From Vulcanimicrobiota bacterium (GTDB lineage Bacteria > Vulcanimicrobiota > Xenobia > Xenobiales > JADMJV01), in assembly GCA_050250895.1 (NCBI GenBank), contig JBFWNU010000002.1:631659-695658 (forward strand): a stretch of DNA of 64,000 bases. Direction: 5' to 3'. Both the position numbers and the translations under genes were made by a program. The notes under the pieces are model-generated. The model worked only from the letters and a program-made list of their open reading frames with translations. It had not been told where the DNA came from and searched no databases. Positions 38,401 through 45,597 of the stretch are shown piece by piece. Each line of letters starts with the position of its first letter. Position 1 is the stretch's first letter.

Positions 38401-39393
38401 CAGGCTCAAGCGATGCTGGTGAGGGCCGCCGCCCTCCACCAGCAGGATTTGACCGACTGGATCCTCGAGCCGGTAGCGGCCGTCCCCGCTCTGCTCGAGC
38501 TGCTGACAGAAGAGACAACGGCTCAACCGGTTGGCCGGAGCCTGCTGGTGGGCCTGTATGGACTGCAACTGTCCGACAGCCAGGCGGAAGCGATGCTGGC
38601 TGGCGCGCTACGCTTTGGCACTCCCGACTTTCTCCGAGGTTTGGACCGGTCCGGCCGACCGGGCCTCTACGAGCAGTTGTCGTTGAAGGTGCTCGAGCGT
38701 TACTATGGACCCGCCCGCATGGTCCGGGTGCCGGCCGGCCCCGCCTGGCTCGGTTCGTCTCGAGAGAACAAAGCCGAACGCAAGTCTCGCCTGCGGCCCG
38801 ACCTGCACGAGCGCATCGATACCGAGGCCGACTACGGCCAGGTCGACCTGCCCGAATTCTGGATCGATCGCTATCCGGTGACGCACCTCGAATACACCGA
38901 GTTCGAGCCTGGTCATACCCATTATTACGCTCCCCACGAGGCCCGCCACCCCGTGGTCTTCGTCAGCTATCATCAAGCCCAGAACTACGTCGCCTGGTTG
39001 GGCAAGAGCCTGCCCACCGAACAGCAGTGGGAGAAAGCTGCCCGTGGCAGCGACGGTCGTCTCTATCCGTGGGGCAACCAGTTCGAGTCGAGCCGGCTCA
39101 ACTCGGCCGAGTCCGAGCGCCGTCACACCACCCCGGTCGACGCCCATCCCACCGGAGCCAGCCCGTATGGCTGTCTGGACATGTCGGGCAACATCTGGGA
39201 ATGGACCTGCACCCCCTGGGCAAGCTCGGGTCCGTTTATGGCCAAGAAAGGTGGATGCGCCATCAACTTCGAGCCCCACATGCAGTCCTCGGCACGCTTT
39301 GAAGACCTGCCGGACATCATCCTTAAATTCGTGGGCTTTCGCGCCATCGTGCTCGACAACCCCTGGACTCGCGGCGAGGTGGACTGGTTTTGA
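35467..39393 (+). CDS. Degenerate cyclase x2 + SIR2-like + nSTAND1 NTPase + FGE-sulfatase protein (paralogue B)
   Basis: TTG start overlapping the TGA of paralogue A, after GGAGG. Same STAND and FGE motifs (GRSGVGKTS, FDQFEE, LPTEQQWEKAARG, DMSGNIWEW). Confidence 0.88.
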   Translation: MTELRLVLVGRAGPSLAALAVDSLGRAMATILAEQPHQFDGDGRLRATFSSLAPALRDVARLLEEMSLLEAAFDTSFDYAMALHLGDVSQDDPLTGPAVDFAVQLLDGTRPGHVRLAPSVLTQVASRPTALTIEDGQARLDRERRQQLVAGGQARHAPRFVLGWTGNQLEPDRQLFEWTRAQGGEVLHWGEEARLAIVPPRAQVAEILPRLKGLRAALGVGELVPQPSGEVSGLVVEQVLESLFESGFEPDLVLLTEAAARALGELSLEPFGPSGGRLAVPLYRYCPSPGSLRASHRPRRVSLPGPIDVVVGVEPAEPGPFEQRLCRFEPAFAHHRLVRSSNCPDQAELGVALAAVASMRGLSLPPRLIEPGELDQLEELLTGLSGDGPEARLRGRLTVVVAGPLGGENPFGDGEWALAAQSLEEDGGRDALLAAYRNWCRELSRPEWVPWLEGAELVISLFPDPRLDELEGPRVIQLADDPLLLTDSDADQWLAALPQRLAGVADELVGQPCLLLGQSHSLSGLKAFFRQFRLLYGEIECLATLPPGEARWWQRRGVEVVGESPAELVARLGPLSEPALAGPSGRLLATPDRPYKFLSYFEAQDRAIFFGREAEVVELSRRVLREPLLVIFGRSGVGKTSLLRAGVLVELGPPRDLNLYLRPLRDPLATLLAQLGAPEQSLVQAMATATARLSGHLTVVFDQFEEFFVHCPPEVRTRFIAEVAGFVATPPPRAHLVFSMREDFLAEMSEFEEHLPSVLDNRFRVRALEREQARQAIVGPARLFGLEWQPELVELLLDKIDDDGVDPPELQIVCDRLFEARQGNRIDLALYEQMGGIRAVLVGYLETTLTTLGSDIQSARRLLKAMVTARGTKAVLGLSELAQRLGQPPDQLAQLLEGLVQARLVRALSDQGQASFELAHEYIIEEVVGWTSANELALLHARQVLDSELLAWQRDRSLLPLDRLAVIKPHLQLLEPGPQAQAMLVRAAALHQQDLTDWILEPVAAVPALLELLTEETTAQPVGRSLLVGLYGLQLSDSQAEAMLAGALRFGTPDFLRGLDRSGRPGLYEQLSLKVLERYYGPARMVRVPAGPAWLGSSRENKAERKSRLRPDLHERIDTEADYGQVDLPEFWIDRYPVTHLEYTEFEPGHTHYYAPHEARHPVVFVSYHQAQNYVAWLGKSLPTEQQWEKAARGSDGRLYPWGNQFESSRLNSAESERRHTTPVDAHPTGASPYGCLDMSGNIWEWTCTPWASSGPFMAKKGGCAINFEPHMQSSARFEDLPDIILKFVGFRAIVLDNPWTRGEVDWF

Positions 39394-39887
39394 ACATCTG
39401 CCTGCTCTCGGACACCCACAGCTATCTCGACCCGGCCGTGCTTCATTGGGCCAACAAGTGCGACGAGATCTGGCATGCCGGCGACATCGGCAGCCTTGAA
39501 CTAGCTCACCGCCTGGCCGAGGTCAAGCCTCTGCGGGCGGTCTATGGCAACATCGACGACCGCGAGATACGCCTGGAATACCCCGAAGACCAGCTCTTCG
39601 AGTGCGAGGGCGCCAGCGTCTTCATGACTCACATCGGAGGTTACCCCGGCCGCTACGCCAAAGGCATCCGCGCCCGCGTGGCCCAGTTGCGACCTTCGCT
39701 TTTCATTTGCGGCCATTCCCACATCTTGCGCATCCAAAAAGACGAGAAGTTGGGGGTCTTTCACCTCAACCCCGGAGCCTGTGGACGGGTCGGCTTTCAC
39801 CAGGTGCGCACCCTCATGATCCTCACCCTCGAAGAGCGGACTCTCACCGATCTCAAAGTGGTGGAACTAGGACCGCGAACCGGCTGA
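39390..39887 (+). CDS. Metallophosphoesterase (YfcE/MJ0936-like)
   Basis: SDTH, HAGD, GNID, GHSH, NPG. Confidence 0.92.
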   Translation: MNICLLSDTHSYLDPAVLHWANKCDEIWHAGDIGSLELAHRLAEVKPLRAVYGNIDDREIRLEYPEDQLFECEGASVFMTHIGGYPGRYAKGIRARVAQLRPSLFICGHSHILRIQKDEKLGVFHLNPGACGRVGFHQVRTLMILTLEERTLTDLKVVELGPRTG

Positions 39888-41257
39888 TGCATCCTCTCGA
39901 ACCCGACCTCGACCAGAGCCTGGCTCTGGGCCGACAGGTCCTCGACCGGGTCGTCTCGCAGCTGGCGCAACTGTCGTCGGCGGCCAGCCATGGTCGCGAG
40001 GGGGCCAATCAGCTGGCCCTCTCGTTCGTCCAACCTCAACCGCCAGAACACGGTCGCCCGCTGGCGGACATCCTCGACCAACTCGAACGGGGTCTCGACC
40101 AAACCATCAATACGGCCGGCCCAGGCTATCTGGCCTATATCCCCGGCGGCGGTCTCTACGCCTCGGCCCTGGCCGCCCTCTGGTCGGCGGCCACCAATCG
40201 CTACGTGGGCCTGTGGGAACCCGCTCCCCCCCTGGTCCAGCTCGAGCAGAACGTCATTAGCTGGCTCTGCGATCTGGTCGGCTTTGGCCCTGACGCTGGC
40301 GGCGTTCTTACCAGCGGCGGCTCGCTAGCCAACCTGATCGCTACCGTCGCAGCCCGCGACCACCACCAACCCGAAGACTTCCTCGACGGCACCGTCTACG
40401 TGAGCAATCAAGCCCATCTTTCGGTGGCCAAGGCCGCTCGCGTGGCCGGCTTCCGCCGGGCTAACGTGCGCCTGGTTCCCACCTGCGACCAACGCCTCGA
40501 CCCCGTCGCTCTCGAGCAGATGCTGACCGAAGATCGAGCCGCCGGCCTGCGCCCTTGCCTGTTAGTGGGCAATGCCGGCACCACCAACACCGGCGCCGTC
40601 GACCCCCTTGAACAGCTCGCTCTGATAGCCGAGCGTCACCAACTCTGGTTTCATGTGGATGCCGCCTACGGAGGCTTCTTCCTGCTCACCGAGCGCGGCC
40701 GCCAGGCGCTGGCCGGCATCGAACGGGCCGATTCGGTCACCCTCGACCCCCACAAGGGCCTCTTTCTGCCTTACGGCACCGGAGCGGTGGTGGTGCGCCA
40801 GCGCGAGCACTTGCGAGCCAGCTTCTTTGCCCAGGCCGAATACCTCCAGGACCTCGACACCAGCCAGATCAACTTCTCGGACCTTTCTCCCGAGCAGAGC
40901 CGTGGTTTCCGCGGCCTGCAGGTCTGGCTGCCGCTCCAGTTGCACGGGCTGGGGGCCTTTCGCGACTGCCTGCAAGAGAAGCTCGACCTGGCCGACTGGG
41001 CCTATGCCCGCCTGGCCGCGGCCGGTTTCGACATGCTGGCCCCCCCGCTACTCTCGCTGGTGGCTTTTCGCCACCCCGAGGGCGATCAGGCCGGACGCCG
41101 CCTGCTCGAAGCCGTGCTGGCCCGCAAAGAGGTCTTTCTGTCGAGCACCCTCGTCGACGGTCGCTACACCCTGCGCATCTGCGTGCTCTGCTTTCGCACC
41201 CACCGCCCCCACGTCAAGGCGGCCGTGGAAGCCCTCATCGAACTGGCCAGGACCTGA
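39887..41257 (+). CDS. PLP-dependent group II amino-acid decarboxylase
   Basis: TSGGSLAN, AGTTNTGAVD, HVDAAYGG, DPHK. ATG overlaps the upstream TGA. Confidence 0.92.
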   Translation: MHPLEPDLDQSLALGRQVLDRVVSQLAQLSSAASHGREGANQLALSFVQPQPPEHGRPLADILDQLERGLDQTINTAGPGYLAYIPGGGLYASALAALWSAATNRYVGLWEPAPPLVQLEQNVISWLCDLVGFGPDAGGVLTSGGSLANLIATVAARDHHQPEDFLDGTVYVSNQAHLSVAKAARVAGFRRANVRLVPTCDQRLDPVALEQMLTEDRAAGLRPCLLVGNAGTTNTGAVDPLEQLALIAERHQLWFHVDAAYGGFFLLTERGRQALAGIERADSVTLDPHKGLFLPYGTGAVVVRQREHLRASFFAQAEYLQDLDTSQINFSDLSPEQSRGFRGLQVWLPLQLHGLGAFRDCLQEKLDLADWAYARLAAAGFDMLAPPLLSLVAFRHPEGDQAGRRLLEAVLARKEVFLSSTLVDGRYTLRICVLCFRTHRPHVKAAVEALIELART

Positions 41258-41281
41258 CCGTCCCTTTCCGAAAAGGGTCGT

Positions 41282-41791
41282 ATGTCCAGGCTCTTGTCAC
41301 TGATTCTGTGCTGTCTTCTCTTCGGCTGCGCCAAGCCCGAGCCTCCCAAACAGCTGCCCGACCATTTCGAGGGCAGCCTGGGAGACGCTTACGACGCAAC
41401 CTTTCTGACCATCGACCTCCAGCAAGAGGCTGGGCAACTCAAAGGCCATTACGACATCAGCCGGCCGGGCAAGCCGGTCGAAGGCGACTTTACCGGCACC
41501 ACTGCGGGCAATGAGGTCAAGCTGACCCTGCTGGTGCCCGAGACTTCGCAGAAGCGGCTCGGCTGGTCCGACAAGCTCGAGCTGACCCTCAACCTGGGCG
41601 AAGCCACGCAAGTCGAGATCGCCCGCCAGTATGAAGCCATCGGCGAGAAGGTTCCTCCCGAGATCCGGGCCCTGGGCTCGATCCCCCAACTGGGCGGCTG
41701 GGCTCTCTTTAGCGAGAACGGCCAGGCCAAGAAGAAGCTGGTGGTGCTCTACAATCTCGACTTCATGAAGCTGCACCAGTCCCGACGCTAG
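41282..41791 (+). CDS. Putative lipoprotein (paralogue 1)
   Basis: Lipobox LLFGC. Clear similarity to the next gene. Confidence 0.8.
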   Translation: MSRLLSLILCCLLFGCAKPEPPKQLPDHFEGSLGDAYDATFLTIDLQQEAGQLKGHYDISRPGKPVEGDFTGTTAGNEVKLTLLVPETSQKRLGWSDKLELTLNLGEATQVEIARQYEAIGEKVPPEIRALGSIPQLGGWALFSENGQAKKKLVVLYNLDFMKLHQSRR

Positions 41792-41838
41792 GCAACCTCG
41801 ATGCAGGCCCTCTGATGAGGCCTATCGAACCCCATTTC

Positions 41839-42348
41839 ATGGTCAAACATGTCGTATTGTGTTGTCTCGTTCTCACGCTGGCGCTGGGCTGCTCCAAGAC
41901 CCCCGAGCCGCCCAAGCAGATTCCCAGCACCTTCTATGGCACCTTTGGGGATGTCAATGACGACATCTCGTTGACTCTGAAGGTCGAGCAAGACGCTGGC
42001 AATCTCAAAGGGACCTATCGCATCGATCGGCCCGGCAAGAAGTTCGACGGCGAGTTCACGGGCACCACCGCCGGCAGCGACGTGCACATCAGCCTGGCCA
42101 TTCCCGAAGACATCCAGAAGCGGCTTGCTTGGACCCCGACCATCGAACTCGAACTCAATCTGGGCGAGATTGGCGTGGCCGAACTCAGCCAGAAGTTCAC
42201 CGCCGCCGGCCAGACCATGCCCAAGAAGCTGCGCGACCGCGGTTCGGTCCCCCAACTCGGTGGCTGGGCCAACTATCAAGAGAATGGCCAGGACAAGAAG
42301 AAGCTGATCGTGCTCTACAACCTGGTCGCCGACGAACCCAAAAGCTAG
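41839..42348 (+). CDS. Putative lipoprotein (paralogue 2)
   Basis: Lipobox LALGC. Shares LKG.Y.I.RPGK, FTGTTAG, PQLGGWA and KKKL.VLYNL with paralogue 1. Confidence 0.8.
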   Translation: MVKHVVLCCLVLTLALGCSKTPEPPKQIPSTFYGTFGDVNDDISLTLKVEQDAGNLKGTYRIDRPGKKFDGEFTGTTAGSDVHISLAIPEDIQKRLAWTPTIELELNLGEIGVAELSQKFTAAGQTMPKKLRDRGSVPQLGGWANYQENGQDKKKLIVLYNLVADEPKS

Positions 42349-43523
42349 CCCGGCACGGTCGAGAACTCTTGTTGCAGCTTGGCCCGGTACTGTTCGACCA
42401 ACTGGTCGATCCGGCCCGCGTCGGGTGACCTCAAAACGAACCCCGCGTGGTAGGCTCGCGGCATTTTCCACACCACTTCGGGCGCGTCAAAGGCCGACAG
42501 ATCCGGATGCTCGTCCTTGGCCAGGCAGACGAGCAGGGCCGAGTGCTCGTGCCTGGGCGCGGGCACCGAGTAGGGCTGCTTGTTCAGACAGGCCAACTCG
42601 AGGCGCACCCACTCGCGCCAAAGGTTCACGCCACTACACGCCTCGACATGCATGTCCACATTGGCCCCGCCCACCCGGGCGGCCATCTCGAGAAAATACA
42701 GCTTGCCGTCGCCACTGCGGATGAACTCGGTGTGGGTGACTCCGCGCACTAAGCGCATGGCCTTGACCAGGCGCCGGTTGAGTTCATACATCTCCTGGGC
42801 CAGCGGGTCGTCATCGCTCAAGCTGCGAGTCGAGAACACGCCGCCCTCGTTCCACACATTGAACGGCGCCACTCCGTAGCGGCTGGCCCGGTGGAACAGC
42901 ACTTCGTGGTCATAGACCACCGAGTCGACGTGAAAGACGTCGCCGGGCAAATAGCGCTCGAGCAGATAGTGGGATTGCTGGTCGCCGAGTTGGCCGGCAT
43001 AGTGCCACAGCTCTTCGGCGTGATGCAGTTTCTTGATACCCACCGAGCCCGCCTCGGACCTGGGCTTGAGCACCCATGGAGCCGGCACGCTCTGCAGATA
43101 CTCGCGCACCTCGTCGTAGTTGAGCAGGTGGACGAATTCGGGCACCGGCAGCCCTTCGTCTCTCGCCTGGACCCGCATGGCCAGCTTGTCTCTGAAATAC
43201 CGGGCCGTGGTATCGCCCATTCCCGGCACCCGCAGATGCTCGCGCAAGCGGGCCGCGATTTCCACGTCGAAATCGTCCATCCCCACAATGCGGTCGATCT
43301 TGTGCTCCCTGGCCAGATGGCTCACGGCGTGAATGATGTCGGGATAGACGCCGAGCTTGGGCATGAAGAACCGTTCGCTAATTGCCTCGGTGGGCCAGGC
43401 TTCATTGCGCGTCTTCTCGGCGCACAGCAGCAACACCTGACAGCCCTGGCGGTGGCACTCTTCGAGAAACGCCACCCCCTTGAACTGGCTGGCCAGGCAG
43501 AGAAAAGTAACCGTTCTATCCAC
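42345..43523 (-). CDS. ATP-grasp domain protein
   Basis: FRDKLAMR, VLKPRSEAG..G, LLERY..G, H.EFI, FLE.AAR.GG. Confidence 0.88.
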   Translation of the reverse strand: MDRTVTFLCLASQFKGVAFLEECHRQGCQVLLLCAEKTRNEAWPTEAISERFFMPKLGVYPDIIHAVSHLAREHKIDRIVGMDDFDVEIAARLREHLRVPGMGDTTARYFRDKLAMRVQARDEGLPVPEFVHLLNYDEVREYLQSVPAPWVLKPRSEAGSVGIKKLHHAEELWHYAGQLGDQQSHYLLERYLPGDVFHVDSVVYDHEVLFHRASRYGVAPFNVWNEGGVFSTRSLSDDDPLAQEMYELNRRLVKAMRLVRGVTHTEFIRSGDGKLYFLEMAARVGGANVDMHVEACSGVNLWREWVRLELACLNKQPYSVPAPRHEHSALLVCLAKDEHPDLSAFDAPEVVWKMPRAYHAGFVLRSPDAGRIDQLVEQYRAKLQQEFSTVPG

Positions 43524-43571
43524 AGTCGACGTCCTTAGTCCCACAGATGCCAGCCGACTTCCACCCCGGCC

Positions 43572-44552
43572 CTACTTCTCCTCGGCCGGCCTGGGCAGAC
43601 GGTCGAGTTCGCAGAGCAACTCGTGAGCTTGCTGAATCGCCTCGGGCAGGCCTGTGGCCACGACCGCCTGTTCGTCGGTCGCGAAGGTTACATCGGGCAG
43701 CAGGGTTCTCAGCACTGCGGCTGCTTCGGTCGGCTCGAGGTTGCGGACCCGAAGGTTGACGGTGACCACGTTCGGCGGAGGGCTGGGTGCGCGGTCCAGC
43801 CCCGGGATGGATCGCTTGATAGCGAGGATATCCTCGCGGCCACCTTCGACATAGAAGCCATTCATGGTCGGGTGGGCAGTGAATTGGACGTTGGGATACT
43901 GAGGGAAGAGATATTCCATGACCCTCGCGGCCGGGACTCGCTCTAGTAGAATTTCTTGCCGGATGCTGTCGGGCGGCGGTTCCCCGCCTGGTTCGCGGTC
44001 GATCAGGCAAGCGGGCGGGACCTCGGCGAGCTTCTCTAGGCTGGCCACCACCACGGAGTGCTCGAGCATCTTGTAGCCAAACTCGCCGGGCAGACCGGCC
44101 AAAACCCGGTCGAGGGCTTCGGGTAACGGCACGTCCTTGAGTTCGACCGTGACCTGCCCGTCAACGGATGGGCCCACGAAGATGTTGCGTCCCATCGCTC
44201 TGCTCAGCGTCTTGAGGACCTGGACCACGTCTTCGTCGTGCACGCTCAAGCTGACGGTTGGCACCCGGCACTGACCGGGCGGCCCGACCACCAGATAGCC
44301 GTGGTCCGTGGCCGAGGCATAGCCGAGGGGCTCGAGCACCTGATCGAGGATCTCGCTCGGAGTGCCATAGTAGGTGCCGGTGACCGTGCCCTTCACCTCG
44401 GGGCACACGTAGACCCTGGTCTGGAGGCGCTCACCGACCAGCTCGATCACCTCGCTCAGGTGCTGGTCCTGGAACTCCATCGACTGGCGCCCGCTGGCCA
44501 TAGCGATCACGGCCACCAGGCAGACCAGCAAGACCAACTCGAACAGTCGCAT
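43572..44552 (-). CDS. Secretin N-terminal-domain (N0/STN and N1-like) protein lacking the secretin barrel
   Basis: Signal peptide, two N0-like repeats, and NolW-like segments (N...V.G..E.I..I...I..LD). Confidence 0.7.
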   Translation of the reverse strand: MRLFELVLLVCLVAVIAMASGRQSMEFQDQHLSEVIELVGERLQTRVYVCPEVKGTVTGTYYGTPSEILDQVLEPLGYASATDHGYLVVGPPGQCRVPTVSLSVHDEDVVQVLKTLSRAMGRNIFVGPSVDGQVTVELKDVPLPEALDRVLAGLPGEFGYKMLEHSVVVASLEKLAEVPPACLIDREPGGEPPPDSIRQEILLERVPAARVMEYLFPQYPNVQFTAHPTMNGFYVEGGREDILAIKRSIPGLDRAPSPPPNVVTVNLRVRNLEPTEAAAVLRTLLPDVTFATDEQAVVATGLPEAIQQAHELLCELDRLPRPAEEK

Positions 44553-44570
44553 CGTGACAGATTCCCTGGC

Positions 44571-45394
44571 TCAAAGGAGCTTGCCTTTCAGAAGCTCGAT
44601 AAAGCTCTGGCTGAGCACGTCTTCGGCTTTGAATCGCGAGGTCGGCAGGCCGAGCGACCGGGTCTTAATCTTATCCCGGCTTGCATCGTGTTCTTCTCCG
44701 TCGACTTCGACCACCATCCATCGGATGCTCGGGCCCGTCTTCATCCCCACCAGGAAGTCGACCACGAAGGTGGTCGAAGCCGACCTCATCGCCACATCCG
44801 CGAAAAACAGGCAAGAGATTCCGCCGAGCTCGATTCCTACCGCCGGAACTTTGAAGGCTCCCACCACCTCGCGATTGAGCGGGTCCACTACCGGCCAGGT
44901 GAGAAAGCCGCAGCCTTGGGGCGAAAGCTGCTGGGGGATGCCCCCGTGGGCGAACAGGTGCAGCACCACCGCCGCCTCGCGCGACGACCGGACCGGCACC
45001 GTCGCTTCGGCAGCGCGGGCCAGTTCAGCGTATGGTTGCGCTGCGATCTTTTGGTCGAGCCAGGTGGCGAGCTGTGGGTGGTCTCGCCGCAGGGTGAAGA
45101 AGCGCTCGGCCGGCTCTCGCTCGAGTTCGTGGACGTAGGCCCGTCGCCCGCGGAACACACGGCCATAGTCGACCGGGCTAGCCGGCGTCTGCCAGTCAGT
45201 GCCGTTGGTCAGCTTCAGGAACGTGAGTCCCAACGCATCGGCGACCCTCTTTAGCTCGGCTTTCGAGAGTTGACGGTGGCCTTGCTCGCAGAACGATATC
45301 TTGCGGTTGCAGACCCGGCACTCTTTCCCAGCTTCACCTGAGAAAGGCCCGTCTTGTTGCGGAAGCGCTTGATCCGGTGGCCGATTCTTTCCAT
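44571..45394 (-). CDS. XRE-family HTH fused to DUF559/Vsr-like PD-(D/E)XK nuclease; needs a -1 frameshift at 45323-45329 (or is a pseudogene/sequence error)
   Basis: Frame A MERIGHRIKRFRNKTGLSQVKLGK joins frame B ECRVCNRKISFCEQGHRQLSKAELKRVADALG to give a complete XRE HTH. C-terminus VVDFLV...VVEVDGEEH...D.....LG..T.RF...DV. Confidence 0.72.
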
Positions 45395-45597
45395 GCCCGC
45401 ATTGTCGCAGAGTCGTTCGGGCCGCTTTGTTGCCGGTCGGTAAGCAAAGTTTTGCCGCCGAATTGCCGTTGTATGAACACCGAACCTTGCCGAATGGCGA
45501 GTGAGACCCGTGCTCTCCAGGGTTTGGTCGGGGTCGGAGCCGGCGAGCGAAAGTTCGCTGTCGAGCGCTCGTTCGGTGGTGTTCGGCTAGCTGGGCC

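Noticed and set aside
21340-39393. Diversity-generating retroelement (Avd-like four-helix bundle plus FGE-domain targets)
   Set aside because: No reverse transcriptase is present. I saw no template/variable repeat pair differing only at adenines; the two FGE 3' ends differ at all base types.
30852-39393. Toxoflavin-type cluster (GTP cyclohydrolase II plus FGE-domain ToxD)
   Set aside because: The FGE domains are fused to STAND NTPases, and there is no adjacent RibD-like deaminase, WD40 protein or ToxA-like methyltransferase.
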